A stretch of DNA of 64,000 bases from Myxococcota bacterium (lineage in GTDB: Bacteria; Myxococcota_A; UBA9160; UBA6930). The position numbers and the translations under genes were made by a program. The stretch lies in NCBI GenBank assembly GCA_965223415.1, contig OZ245002.1, positions 480,001 to 544,000 of the forward strand, given 5' to 3'. The notes beneath the pieces were generated by a model that ran no database searches, was not told where the DNA came from, and saw only the letters and a list, made by a program, of their open reading frames with translations. Shown piece by piece: positions 18,743 to 28,389 of the stretch (positions within the stretch are counted from its first letter, which is position 1; every line of letters begins with the position of its first letter).

Positions 18743-19696
18743 ATGACCTCACGACGCCGGAGCATCGCCTGGGCCCTGGGCCTCGCCCTCGCCGGCACCG
18801 CGGCGAGCGCCCAGCCGGCGCCGGCCGGCGTCAACATCCGGGTGCTCTCCTGCGACGAGTACGCGGGCCGGCCGGATCTCCGGGTGGCCCGGGTGCAGAT
18901 CCGCGTCGGGCCGGAGGACGCCGTGCTCCCGGACCTCCAGTGCGGCGCCTTCGAGCGCGGCACGGATCGCGCGTTCTTCCTCAACGCGGTCGAGGGCCTG
19001 GGGCGGCTGCCGGCGGGCTCGGAACGGATCGCCCAGGTGGTGTTCCCGGCGTCGCCGCGGCATCCCGTGTGCCGCTGCGTCCTGGGCGCCCGGGTGGCAC
19101 TCCGCCAGGCACGGCCGCGGCGGGGGCCCGAGTGGTGGGACGAAGAGAGCTGGGAGCCCCCGCCCCTCGACCCGGGCCTGCTGGGCGAGCCCGACGAGCC
19201 CCCTGCCCTGCCCGGCCCCGGCGCGCTGCGCCGCGAGCTCGTGCTGCGCCCGGCGACCGAGCTGCGCGGCACCCCGGACCGGGCGGCACCGGTGCAGGGC
19301 CGGCTGACCGCATGGGAGGTGCTGGACGTCCTGGCGATCCAGCGCGGCTGGAAGCAGGTGCGGCGCCAGGACGGCGAGACAGGCTGGATCCGCTCGGACA
19401 CCGCCACGCCGGACCTGGAGGCGCCGGCCCGGGTCGGCGCCCGCCTCGACGAGCTGGCCCTGGCGCTGCTCCCCGACGGCACCGCGCCGGACGCCCTGAC
19501 CGCCTCCTGCCCCGTCTCGGCCGCCGACGCCCTCCCCGAGCTGGTCTTCGCCCTCGTCCCCGCCACCCACACGGTCTACGTCACCAACCTCTGGTACGCC
19601 CTCCACGACGTCCAACGCGAGGCTTTCCAGGCCTGGGTCCACGGCTGCCACGAGGTCACCCGCATCGTCGAGCTCGCCACCGGCGCCGAGCTTTAG
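18743..19696 (+). CDS. Secreted protein with a bacterial SH3-like domain
   Basis: Signal peptide; LRGTPD...L...V.....GWKQVRRQDGETGWI. Confidence 0.6.
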   Translation: MTSRRRSIAWALGLALAGTAASAQPAPAGVNIRVLSCDEYAGRPDLRVARVQIRVGPEDAVLPDLQCGAFERGTDRAFFLNAVEGLGRLPAGSERIAQVVFPASPRHPVCRCVLGARVALRQARPRRGPEWWDEESWEPPPLDPGLLGEPDEPPALPGPGALRRELVLRPATELRGTPDRAAPVQGRLTAWEVLDVLAIQRGWKQVRRQDGETGWIRSDTATPDLEAPARVGARLDELALALLPDGTAPDALTASCPVSAADALPELVFALVPATHTVYVTNLWYALHDVQREAFQAWVHGCHEVTRIVELATGAEL

Positions 19697-19770
19697 AAAC
19701 GGGGCCAGAGTTAAGAATTCAGTTACGCCCTTCGGGGCGTAACTGAATTCTTAACTCTGGCCCCGTTTCT
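19695..19770. repeat. Perfect 76-bp palindrome (36-bp arms, TTCG loop), REP-like
   Basis: AGAAACGGGGCCAGAGTTAAGAATTCAGTTACGCCC-TTCG-GGGCGTAACTGAATTCTTAACTCTGGCCCCGTTTCT; AT-rich for this genome. Confidence 0.9.
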
Positions 19771-19783
19771 GTAGCATCGAGAG

Positions 19784-20002
19784 ATGGCGGAGTGGTGGCG
19801 GTTGGCGGGGTCGACGAGCGTGGTGCGGCGGGCGCTGGGCTACGCCGTGGTGGTCGGGGCGATCCTGATCGCGATCAACCACGGCGACGCGCTGCTGCAG
19901 GGCGAGCTGGATGCGACGCGGCTCTGGAAGATGGGGCTGACGGTGCTCGTGCCCTACACCGTGTCGACGCTCTCGAGCGTCTCGGCGCTGCGGAGTCGCT
20001 AG
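19784..20002 (+). CDS. NrtS-family small membrane protein
   Basis: VVGAILIAINHGD...LTVLVPYTVST. Confidence 0.8.
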   Translation: MAEWWRLAGSTSVVRRALGYAVVVGAILIAINHGDALLQGELDATRLWKMGLTVLVPYTVSTLSSVSALRSR

Positions 20003-21156
20003 GCGGCGCCGAGGCCCTCGTAGGCCGCGCCGATCAGCCCGAAGCCCCGGGCGTCGCCGGCCAGGCCCATCTGCATCTGGTTCATCACGTAGGCGAAGCC
20101 GACCTTCGCATCCGGGTCGGCGAAGGCGATCGAGCCGCCGGCGCCAGGGTGGCCGAAGGCGCGGGGATTCGGCCCGAGCGGGATCATCTGCTGGGTCATG
20201 AAGTAGCCGAGGCCGAAACGCATCGGCATGCCCATGAGCACCTCGTCGGGGCCGTTGGCCTGCTCGGTGTTGGCGCGATCGGTGGCCTCGGCACCGAGCA
20301 CGTGCACGCCGTCGAGCTCGCCGTCCATCGCCAGCGCCCCGTACACCCGGGCCAGGGAGCGCGCGTCGCCGTGGCCGTTGCCCGCCGGAATCTCGGCCTC
20401 GCGCCACTCCTTCGAGTTCACGGCGTCGCGCCGCGAACGCGGGTTGTCGAACACCTTGCCGAGCAGCGACTCGCCGTCCTCGGCGGCCTTGCCGAAGACA
20501 TCGGGGACACCCGGCGGCGGGGGCGGCGCCGGAATCATGTCGGCGCAGCGGGCGTGGAGCGGAGCCGGCGTGCCGATGTGGAAGTCGAGCCCGAGCGGCT
20601 CCGCGAGCTCCTCGCGGAAGTAGCTGCCGAGGCTCCGGCCGTCGATGCGCCGGACGACCTCTCCCACCAGGAAGCCGAAGGTCAACGCGTGGTAGCCGTG
20701 CTTCGTGCCGGGCTCCCACCAGGGCTCCTGCTCGGCCAGGGCGGTGCACATCCCGTCCCAGTCGTAGAGAGCGTCCTGCTCGAGGCGCTTGCGGACGGCG
20801 GGCAGGCCCGCCTGGTGGCTCAGCAGCCAGCGCACCGGGATGTCCGCCTTCCCGGCCTGGGCGAATTCCGGCCAGTAGCGGGCCACGGGCGCGTCGAGAT
20901 CCAGCCGCCCCTCCTCGACCAGGCGGTGGGCGCAGAGCGCGGTCATGCCCTTCGTGGTGGAGTAGACGTTCACCAGGGTGTCCCGCTGCCACGGCCGGCT
21001 GCCCTCGGCGTCCGCGTGACCGCCCCACAGGTCCACCGCCAGCTCCCCGTCCACCATCACGGCCACGGCGGCGCCCACCTCCCCCTTCGAGAAGCTCTCG
21101 GCGAACACCTCGCGCAGGGCGCCGAAACGCTCGTCACAGTGGCCGTGAATCGTCAT
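19999..21156 (-). CDS. Serine hydrolase, beta-lactamase-related esterase
   Basis: YSTTK (SxxK), LLSHQAGL, YHALTFG, FGHPGAGGS. Confidence 0.9.
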   Translation of the reverse strand: MTIHGHCDERFGALREVFAESFSKGEVGAAVAVMVDGELAVDLWGGHADAEGSRPWQRDTLVNVYSTTKGMTALCAHRLVEEGRLDLDAPVARYWPEFAQAGKADIPVRWLLSHQAGLPAVRKRLEQDALYDWDGMCTALAEQEPWWEPGTKHGYHALTFGFLVGEVVRRIDGRSLGSYFREELAEPLGLDFHIGTPAPLHARCADMIPAPPPPPGVPDVFGKAAEDGESLLGKVFDNPRSRRDAVNSKEWREAEIPAGNGHGDARSLARVYGALAMDGELDGVHVLGAEATDRANTEQANGPDEVLMGMPMRFGLGYFMTQQMIPLGPNPRAFGHPGAGGSIAFADPDAKVGFAYVMNQMQMGLAGDARGFGLIGAAYEGLGAA

Positions 21157-21234
21157 CGGGCTCTCCTCGTCGCAGCGGATGCGGCGGGTATGTTACCCGC
21201 TCGGGGCAGCGCAGCGCGGGGGCACGGATCGGAC

Positions 21235-22548
21235 ATGGCACGCAGGGCGGAGTGGGCGGTCCTCGCCCTGGTTCTGGGCTTCTCCGGCCGCGCAGGCGCC
21301 GCACCGCCCGTCGAGCTCGACCTGCTGGTGGACACCGAGTACGCCATGGGCCTGCGCGGCGCCTCGAGCCAGAAGCTCGAACTCGTAACCCAGCCGGAGC
21401 TGCGCTGGGCCCTCGGCCCGGAGACCCGGCTCACGGCCATCGGCCGTCTTCGCCTGGACGCCTTCGACCGCATCGAGCCCGGCCACCCGAGAGCGGCGGA
21501 GGTCTCGTCCCTCTCGCGCCGCGGCAGCGCCGGCGACCACGTGGATTTCGAGCTTCGCGAGCTCACCCTCGAGACCCAGTGGGGCCACACCTGGCTCACC
21601 CTCGGCAAGCAGCAGATCGTCTGGGGCCAGGCCGACGGGCTGAAGGTGCTCGACGTCGTGAACCCCCAGGACTTCCGCGAGTTCATCCTCGACGAGTTCG
21701 ACGAGTCGCGCATCCCGCTGTGGGCGGTGAACGTGGAGGCGCCGCTGGGCGACGCCACCCTCCAGCTGCTGTGGCTTCCCGATCCCTCCTACCACGAGCT
21801 GCCGGCGCCGGGCGCCACCTTCGCCTTCACGGCGCCGCGCTTCCTCCCGCCGCGTGTCCCCGGCCTCGTGCCGAGCTTCGAGGCCACGAACCGCCCCCGC
21901 CGCCTGCTGGCGGACTCGGACGCCGGCGCCCGGGTGGCCGCCCTCGTCGGCGGCTTCGACCTGAGCGTGAACTACCTCTACCACCGGGACGACCGCCCGG
22001 TCTTCGAAGGACGGCGCGGGCCGGGCCGGGTGGCCTTCACGCCGCGCCATCGCCGCACCCACCTGCTCGGCGGCACCTTTGCGAGCGCCTTCGGTGACCT
22101 CACCGTGCGCGGCGAACTCGGCTGGACGAGCGCGCGCGTGCTCTCCGTCGACGATCCGACCGATGCCGACCTGGTCGGCCGCACCGGCGAGCTCGCCTAC
22201 GTGCTCGGCCTCGACTGGTTCGGCGTGCGCGACACGCTGCTCTCCCTCCAGGTGTTCCAGAGCTGGCTGCTGCGCGATCGCCCGGGCTGGCTGCGCGATC
22301 GGGTCGACACCAACGTCACCTTCCTCGCGAGGCGCGAGCTCATGAACGAGCGCCTGCGCCTCGAGGGAATCGTGATCCACAACCTGAACGACGGCGACGG
22401 CCTCCTGCGGCCGAAGCTGAGCTTCGAGCTGCGAGACGGGCTCTCGGTGTGGGCCGGGCTCGACGTGTTCTACGGCCGGAGCCGCGGTGTGTTCGGCGAG
22501 TTCGACGGCCGGGACCGCGCGGTGCTGGGGATGCAGTGGGGATGGTGA
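21235..22548 (+). CDS. DUF1302-like outer-membrane beta-barrel protein
   Basis: Signal peptide, LGKQQIVWGQADG, C-terminal aromatic residue; coupled to a LolA-like gene. Confidence 0.72.
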   Translation: MARRAEWAVLALVLGFSGRAGAAPPVELDLLVDTEYAMGLRGASSQKLELVTQPELRWALGPETRLTAIGRLRLDAFDRIEPGHPRAAEVSSLSRRGSAGDHVDFELRELTLETQWGHTWLTLGKQQIVWGQADGLKVLDVVNPQDFREFILDEFDESRIPLWAVNVEAPLGDATLQLLWLPDPSYHELPAPGATFAFTAPRFLPPRVPGLVPSFEATNRPRRLLADSDAGARVAALVGGFDLSVNYLYHRDDRPVFEGRRGPGRVAFTPRHRRTHLLGGTFASAFGDLTVRGELGWTSARVLSVDDPTDADLVGRTGELAYVLGLDWFGVRDTLLSLQVFQSWLLRDRPGWLRDRVDTNVTFLARRELMNERLRLEGIVIHNLNDGDGLLRPKLSFELRDGLSVWAGLDVFYGRSRGVFGEFDGRDRAVLGMQWGW

Positions 22549-23339
22549 GGCGACTCGGCCCGCTGCTCGTCTCTCTGCTCGCCGTCGCGGCTGCCGCCCA
22601 GGAGCTGCCCGGCGGCGCCGAGGTGGCGCGGCGCATCAACGCCCGGGAGGACGGCGGCGCCGTCTCGCGCACCCTCGAGATGCAGCTGATCGACAAGAGC
22701 GGCCACACCCGCACCCGCACGGCCCGCATGCTGCGGCGCTGGTTCGGCGAGGAGAAGCGCCTCGCCCTCTTCTACCTGAGCCCGTCGACGATCCGGGACA
22801 CCGCCTTCCTCGTCCACGACTACCCGGAGCCCGGGCGCGACGACGCCCAGTGGCTCTACCTCCCGGCCTTGCGCAAGACACGGCGCATCGCCGCACGGGA
22901 CCGCGGCAAGGACTTCCTCGGCACCGACATGAGCTACGAGGACATGAAGAACGAGACCCGCGTGGCGGCCGCCGACTACCGCTGGACCACCCTTCGCGAG
23001 GAGGCCTGCGGCGAGGCGACCTGTCTCGTCGTCGAGGCGGTGCCGGTGGACGAGGATACGGCGCGGGCGGTGGGCTACGGGAAGATCACGTACTGGGTCG
23101 ACCGCGCGCTCTGGATCGCCCGGCGGGCCGAGTACGAGGATCGGGCCGGGCGTCCCAAGAAGAGCGCGGCGATCGGCGACATCCGCCAGGTGGACGGCAT
23201 CTGGACCGTCCACCACATCGAGGTGAAGAGCCTCAAGAGCGGACACCGCACGGTGTTCCGGGTGTCGGACGTGGACTACGCCTCGGAGATCGAAGAGGAC
23301 CTGTTCACGGAGCGGGCGCTGCGGCGCGGGGTGCGCTGA
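22542..23339 (+). CDS. Outer-membrane lipoprotein-sorting (LolA-like/DUF1329-related) protein
   Basis: DDAQWLYLPALRKTRRI, FLGTDMSYEDM. Confidence 0.85.
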   Translation: MVRRLGPLLVSLLAVAAAAQELPGGAEVARRINAREDGGAVSRTLEMQLIDKSGHTRTRTARMLRRWFGEEKRLALFYLSPSTIRDTAFLVHDYPEPGRDDAQWLYLPALRKTRRIAARDRGKDFLGTDMSYEDMKNETRVAAADYRWTTLREEACGEATCLVVEAVPVDEDTARAVGYGKITYWVDRALWIARRAEYEDRAGRPKKSAAIGDIRQVDGIWTVHHIEVKSLKSGHRTVFRVSDVDYASEIEEDLFTERALRRGVR

Positions 23340-24567
23340 GGGCCGCGCCGAGCCCGGGGATCGGCTCGCCCTCGGAATGGGCCGGCGGCTCGATGCCGAG
23401 CAGCGCCGCGACGCTGGGCGCCAGGTCGACGGCACGAGGCCGTCCGAGGGATGCGCCCTTCGCGACGCCGCGGCCCATGGCGAGCAGGATCGCGTGCATG
23501 TCGTCGTGGGTGGCGGGGTCGTAGCCGTGGGCTCCGCCGTGGGAGGCGCCGAAGAGCCACTGCAGGAAGGCCTGGGCGCGGCGCCGCGTGCCGCCCAGAC
23601 GGAGTGGCGGCTCGGCCAGGAGCACCACCTGTCCGAGCCGCGTCGGGTGGCGGTAGCGAAGCGCCCGGGGCACGGCCTCGGCGCGGTAGGCCGTCAGGTG
23701 ATCGAGCTCCGCGAAGGCCGCCAGCGCGTCGTCGACCTGGGACGGATCGCCCAGGTGCAGGTGAGCGACGGAGGTGCCGTGCACGACCCGTCCACGCACC
23801 CCCGCCCGGCGCAGGAGAACGCGCGCGTCGAGGACCCGGCCGGCGGCGGTCATGCCGTGGTCGCTCGACACGACGAGGGTCGTGCGCGGCCAGAGGCCGC
23901 GGGCGTCGATCCCGGAGAGGAGTCGCTCCAGCTCGCGATCCTGGCCGCGCAGCTGTGCGGCCACCTCCGGCGCATCCGGACCGCCGTCGTGCCCGGCGCG
24001 ATCGGCGCCGTGCCACCAGGTCATGATCAGCCCGGGACGCTCGGCTTCCGGGAGATCGAGCCACGTCAGGATCTGGTCGACCTTCTCCCGCTCCGGAAGA
24101 CGTCCGTCGAAGGGCGTGCGACGGTACGTGGCGCCGACGCCGCGCCAATCGGTCTCGGAGGCGACCCAGAAGAAGACCGCCGCTCGTACGTCCTGCCGCT
24201 CGGCGGCCACCCACAGGGGCTCCGCGTCCAGGAAGCGCGCGTCTGCCGAGTAGTCGAACTCGCCCAGCCCGGGATCGAGGAAGCGGTTGGCGACGATGCC
24301 GTGCCGGTCCGGGTAGGTGCCCGTGGCCTGGGACACGTGGTTGGCGAAGGTCGACGAGGGGAACACCGGGACCAGGCGCTCGGCCGCGGCACCCTCCCGG
24401 GCGATGCGCTCGAGGGCCGGCAGGCCCTCTGCCGCGAGGGCGTCGTGACGGACGCCGTCGAGGGAGAGCCACACCACGATCGGCGCGTCTTCCGCCGGGG
24501 CGACGGCGGCCCCGAGCAGCAGCCCCGCACCGACGGCCCACGCGCGCAGCACCGGGGCCACGGCCAT
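23305..24567 (-). CDS. Nucleotide pyrophosphatase/phosphodiesterase (AlkP superfamily)
   Basis: SLDGVR, PSSTFANH, SDHGM, HGYDP. Confidence 0.88.
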   Translation of the reverse strand: MAVAPVLRAWAVGAGLLLGAAVAPAEDAPIVVWLSLDGVRHDALAAEGLPALERIAREGAAAERLVPVFPSSTFANHVSQATGTYPDRHGIVANRFLDPGLGEFDYSADARFLDAEPLWVAAERQDVRAAVFFWVASETDWRGVGATYRRTPFDGRLPEREKVDQILTWLDLPEAERPGLIMTWWHGADRAGHDGGPDAPEVAAQLRGQDRELERLLSGIDARGLWPRTTLVVSSDHGMTAAGRVLDARVLLRRAGVRGRVVHGTSVAHLHLGDPSQVDDALAAFAELDHLTAYRAEAVPRALRYRHPTRLGQVVLLAEPPLRLGGTRRRAQAFLQWLFGASHGGAHGYDPATHDDMHAILLAMGRGVAKGASLGRPRAVDLAPSVAALLGIEPPAHSEGEPIPGLGAALSAPRAAAPAP

Positions 24568-24570
24568 GGG

Positions 24571-25758
24571 TCAGGCGTTCGCCGCGATGGCGTCGCCGAA
24601 GCTCGCTCCCTCGGCGATCAGGCGGCGCGCCGCGTTGAGCTGGCGCGGCCGACGGAAGGCGGCGGCGCCGGCCAGCCGACCGCCCCGCCCGAAGAGCGCC
24701 AGGAAGCGGCCCGCCTCCAGGCTGCCGTGGCAGAGGTGGAGCTCGTCGCCCTCGGCGGGCTCGCCGGCGATGGCGATGCGCATGTCGAACTGGTCGCTCC
24801 AGACGTAGGGCACCGTGTCGAGGGCGCCGACCGCCTCGCCGTGGAGGAGCCGTTTGGCCGCATGAACGCCCTGCTCGACCGCGTGGGTCCAGTGCTCGTA
24901 GCGTCGCGGCGGCTCGCCGTTCGGCCCCGACCAGCGCGCCACGTCGCCGGCCGCCATCACGTTCGGCGCGGCCACCCCGGCGCCGTCGCAGACCACGCCG
25001 TCGTCGAGTGCGAGGCCCGAGCCGACGAGCCAGTCGCAGGCGGGCCGGGCGCCGATGCCGACCAGCACCACGTCGGCAGGAACAGTCTTGCCGTCGGAGA
25101 GCTGCACGGCCTCGACCCGGGCACTCCCCGCGAAACCCTCCACGCCGACACCGAGCCGGAGCTGCACCCCTTCGGCCCGGAAGCGATCGGCCACGAAGCC
25201 GCCCAGGACCTCGCCGAGACCGCGGACCAGTGGCGCCGTCAGCGGCTCGACCACGGTGACCTCGAGGCCCCGCTCGCGACAGGTGGCCGCCACCTCCATG
25301 CCGATGAAGCCAGCACCGACCACGACGACCCGGGGGCCGGCCTCGAGATCGGCGCGCAGCCCGCGGGCGTCGTCGACGGTGCGAAGCACGTGCACGCCGG
25401 CGAGGCCGTCGCCGAAGGGGAGACGCTGCGGAACGCCGCCGGTCGCGATCATCAGGCCCTCGTAGGGCACGCGCTCGCCGCTCTCGAGGGACAGGGCGGA
25501 GTCGGCGAGCTCGAGGGCTGCGGCACGCTGCCCGAGGCGCCACTCGACGGACAGGTCGTCGACGCCCTGCCTGCGCAGGGCGATCTTCTCCTCGTCCCAC
25601 TCGCCCTTCAGGAACTGCTTCGAGAGCGGCGGGCGGTCGTAGGGGAGCACCGGCTCGGCGCCGATGGCGACGAGCTCGCCCTCGAAGCCCTCGGAGCGCA
25701 GGGTCTCCAGGGCCCGAAGGCCGGCCAAGGAAGCACCGACGACGACGATGCGCTGCAC
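24571..25758 (-). CDS. FAD-dependent NAD(P)H:ferredoxin reductase
   Basis: VVGASLAG, YDRPPLSK, GAGFIGME, AAGDVA, WSDQF. Confidence 0.9.
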   Translation of the reverse strand: MQRIVVVGASLAGLRALETLRSEGFEGELVAIGAEPVLPYDRPPLSKQFLKGEWDEEKIALRRQGVDDLSVEWRLGQRAAALELADSALSLESGERVPYEGLMIATGGVPQRLPFGDGLAGVHVLRTVDDARGLRADLEAGPRVVVVGAGFIGMEVAATCRERGLEVTVVEPLTAPLVRGLGEVLGGFVADRFRAEGVQLRLGVGVEGFAGSARVEAVQLSDGKTVPADVVLVGIGARPACDWLVGSGLALDDGVVCDGAGVAAPNVMAAGDVARWSGPNGEPPRRYEHWTHAVEQGVHAAKRLLHGEAVGALDTVPYVWSDQFDMRIAIAGEPAEGDELHLCHGSLEAGRFLALFGRGGRLAGAAAFRRPRQLNAARRLIAEGASFGDAIAANA

Positions 25759-25780
25759 GGCCTACGTTGTAGCGGGGCTC

Positions 25781-25850
25781 GCAGGCCATCTCCAGCGTTC
25801 AGCTCCCGCAGGCCATCTCCAGCGTTCAGCTCCCGCCGGGCATCTCCAGC
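25781..25850. repeat. 27-bp tandem repeat derived from the VOC gene 3' end
   Basis: GCAGGCCATCTCCAGCGTTCAGCTCCC at 25781 and 25808, plus a partial copy GCCGGGCATCTCCAGC at 25835. Confidence 0.85.
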
Positions 25851-26287
25851 AGCTCGATCACGGACCGGCCGAGCGAATCCGGCGCCTCGAGGTAGGCGAA
25901 GGCCACGGTCTCGGCGAAGCGCTTCTCGAAGACGGACGTGAAGCCGGCTTCCTCCAGCTCGCGGCAACGCGCGCCCAGGTCGGCGACGCGGAAGCGCACA
26001 TGGTGAAGGCCCTCGCCGTGGCGGCGCAGGTGCTCCGCGTGGGGCGCCTCGCCGCCGACCACCTCGATCAGCTCGATCTCGAGGGGGCCCTCGTCGTTCA
26101 CGGCGAGCCGGAGGTGGCAGTCCACGTTCCGGCCGCGGTAGGTGCAGCCCGTGAGCGGGCTGTCGGCCACCCGGAAGGGACCGAACAGCGCCTCGTAGCG
26201 GGGAAGCGAAGCCTCGAGGCTCTCGACCACGTAGGCGACCTGGTCGATGGGGCCGAGGGCGAAGCGGCGGGCGATCTCGCTGGACAC
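25826..26287 (-). CDS. VOC family protein (methylmalonyl-CoA epimerase-like)
   Basis: IDQVAYVV, IELIE, GEGLHHVRF. Start GTG 26287 or ATG 26311. Confidence 0.85.
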   Translation of the reverse strand: MSSEIARRFALGPIDQVAYVVESLEASLPRYEALFGPFRVADSPLTGCTYRGRNVDCHLRLAVNDEGPLEIELIEVVGGEAPHAEHLRRHGEGLHHVRFRVADLGARCRELEEAGFTSVFEKRFAETVAFAYLEAPDSLGRSVIELLEMPGGS

Positions 26288-26309
26288 GTGGCGTAGTGTA
26301 GGCTGGTTC

Positions 26310-27908
26310 ATGGTCTGCTTCTCGCGAACCTGCGGCACGGTCCTCCTTCTCCTCCTCCTGCTCGCGAGCGCGTCCGGCGCCGCGCCCCGGGTGGTGCTGG
26401 TCGGCCTCGACGGCGCCTCCTGGTCGGTGATCGACCCGCTCGTCGCCGCCGGGCGCATGCCGCGGCTCCAGGCGCTCCTGGAGCGCGGCGTCCACGCGGA
26501 GCTCGCGACGGTCGAGCCGGTGATCTCGCCGGTCGTGTGGTCCTCGGTCGCGACCGGCCGGGTGCCCGAGGCCCACGGGATCGGGGACTTCTACGGCGAT
26601 GCGCGCTCGCTCCGGGTGCCGACGATCTTCGAGCGAGCGGCGGTGCAGGGGCTGCGGGTCGGGCTCTTCGAGTGGCTCGTCTCCTGGCCGGCGCAGGAGC
26701 TGCCCGGCGGCTTCGTCGCACCGGCCTGGCTGCGGCGGGACGGCGCGACCGCGCCCGCGGACCTGTTCGGCCGCGCGGGGATTCCGCGCTACGCCTACTC
26801 CAACCAGGGGCTGCGCAGCCGCGGCGACTTCTTCGAGTCGTCCTTCGCCGAGCTGCGCGAGAAGCCGGCCACCTGGAACGCCCTGGCCCGGAGCTTCGAC
26901 CTGGATGTCGGAGCCGTCACCTTCTACGCCCTCGACGCCCTCTCCCACCGCTTCTGGGCCGACTCCTTTCCCGAGGGCTTCGACCCGGCCGACCTGGCGG
27001 GCCGGGGCCTCGAAGCCGAGTTCCGCCAGGCCGTCCAGCGGGGCTACGAGGGGGTGGACCGCGCGCTCGGCGAGCTGGTGGACGCGCTGCCCGTGGAGAC
27101 CGCGCTGCTCATCGCCTCGGACCACGGCTTCCAGGCCCACGACTCGTTCCAGCGGCGCTGGTCCTTCGACCTCGAGGAAGACCTGGGACGCGCCGGGCTG
27201 GTGGCCGGGAGCGAGGCCTTCCGCATCGAGAGCCAGTTCGGCTTCCCGGTGCTGCGTGTGCTCCCCGGCCCCTTCGACGAACGCGAGCCGGTGCTCGAGC
27301 GACTGCACGCCTTCTTCTCGGAGGCGCGAAACGCCGAGGGCGCGCCGCTCTTCGACGTCGTCGTGCTCGACCGGGTGGAGCGCCCGGCGGGCCACGAGCG
27401 CGGCCTCCTCGAGCGGCTTCGCCAGTGGGCCTACGAGACCGCCGCCCGCTGGCTGTTTTCGATCGACTTCGACGCACCCGCCCACGCCGTGCTAATCCTC
27501 CTCCCGGAGGGCGACGCCCTGGAGGCCGCCTGGCCGGACGGAGAGGTGACCCTCGGTGGGAAGACCCGACCCGCCCGCGAGCTCGTCTACGGCGACGGCT
27601 TCACTGGCGACCACCATCCGACCGCCGTGTTCGTCGCCGCCGGCGGCCCGATCCGCGCTCTCCCGGAGCGCCAGCAGCTCCGCGTCCTCGACATCGCCCC
27701 CCTCTACCTCCACCTCGCTGGTGCCGCCGTCCCCGACGACCTCGACGGCGAGCTGCCCACCCACTTCCTCGACGAAGCCTGGAGCAGCACACACCCGCTC
27801 CGAACCGTCCCCGCCGCCAGCCTGGAACGCCTCCCCCCACCCAAGGGCCCCGACCACGAAGACGCCCTCCTCCGCGACCGCCTCCGAGCCATGGGCTACA
27901 TCGACTAG
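26310..27908 (+). CDS. Alkaline phosphatase superfamily protein
   Basis: VGLDGASW, SPVVWSSVATG, HGIGDF, SDHGF, GDHH, LRAMGYI. Confidence 0.85.
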   Translation: MVCFSRTCGTVLLLLLLLASASGAAPRVVLVGLDGASWSVIDPLVAAGRMPRLQALLERGVHAELATVEPVISPVVWSSVATGRVPEAHGIGDFYGDARSLRVPTIFERAAVQGLRVGLFEWLVSWPAQELPGGFVAPAWLRRDGATAPADLFGRAGIPRYAYSNQGLRSRGDFFESSFAELREKPATWNALARSFDLDVGAVTFYALDALSHRFWADSFPEGFDPADLAGRGLEAEFRQAVQRGYEGVDRALGELVDALPVETALLIASDHGFQAHDSFQRRWSFDLEEDLGRAGLVAGSEAFRIESQFGFPVLRVLPGPFDEREPVLERLHAFFSEARNAEGAPLFDVVVLDRVERPAGHERGLLERLRQWAYETAARWLFSIDFDAPAHAVLILLPEGDALEAAWPDGEVTLGGKTRPARELVYGDGFTGDHHPTAVFVAAGGPIRALPERQQLRVLDIAPLYLHLAGAAVPDDLDGELPTHFLDEAWSSTHPLRTVPAASLERLPPPKGPDHEDALLRDRLRAMGYID

Positions 27909-27947
27909 ATGTTAAGTTAGGGGCCGGTTCCGTTTGTTAAGTTGTCG
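27908..27947. repeat. 40-bp dispersed element, copy 1
   Basis: GATGTTAAGTTAGGGGCCGGTTCCGTTTGTTAAGTTGTCG; 34/40 identical to 31872-31911. Confidence 0.85.
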
Positions 27948-28359
27948 CTTCGGGGTGGCCCGCGGCGCGGAGGGCAGCGCGGAGCTTCTCGGCGGCGGCG
28001 TCCATGGCTGCCGGGTCGGGGCTCTGATCTGCCCGGGCGAAGTCGAGATCGTGCAGGCCATCGATGGGCACGACGTGCAGGTGGACGTGAGGGACCTCGA
28101 GGCCGGCGATCATCAGGCCGACCTTCGTCGGAGCGAAGGCCTCCTGGACGGCCTTGCCGATGCTCTGGGCGACGGCGGTGAGATGGCTCGTCAGGTCCGG
28201 ATCGCAGTCGAGCCAGTGGTCGATCTCCTCGACGGGCACGACCAGGGTGTGCCCAGGCCGCAGCGGCGCGATCGTCAGGAAGGCGACGGCCCGCTCGTCC
28301 CGCCACACGAAGCGGCCGGGCAGCTCGCCCTGGATGATGCGGGTGAAGATCGACGGCAC
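27937..28359 (-). CDS. HIT family nucleotide hydrolase
   Basis: SIFTRIIQGELP, PGHTLVVP, VPHVHLHV; AAGGAG SD. Confidence 0.93.
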   Translation of the reverse strand: MPSIFTRIIQGELPGRFVWRDERAVAFLTIAPLRPGHTLVVPVEEIDHWLDCDPDLTSHLTAVAQSIGKAVQEAFAPTKVGLMIAGLEVPHVHLHVVPIDGLHDLDFARADQSPDPAAMDAAAEKLRAALRAAGHPEATT

Positions 28360-28389
28360 GTGGGCTCCTTTCGGGGTTATCCTCCGCCC

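Noticed and set aside
19999..21156. Beta-lactam resistance gene
   Set aside because: No signal peptide; motifs fit cytoplasmic family VIII-type esterases.
25781..25850. 27-bp repeats as a mini CRISPR array
   Set aside because: Copies are contiguous with no spacers, derive from the adjacent gene end, and no cas genes are present.
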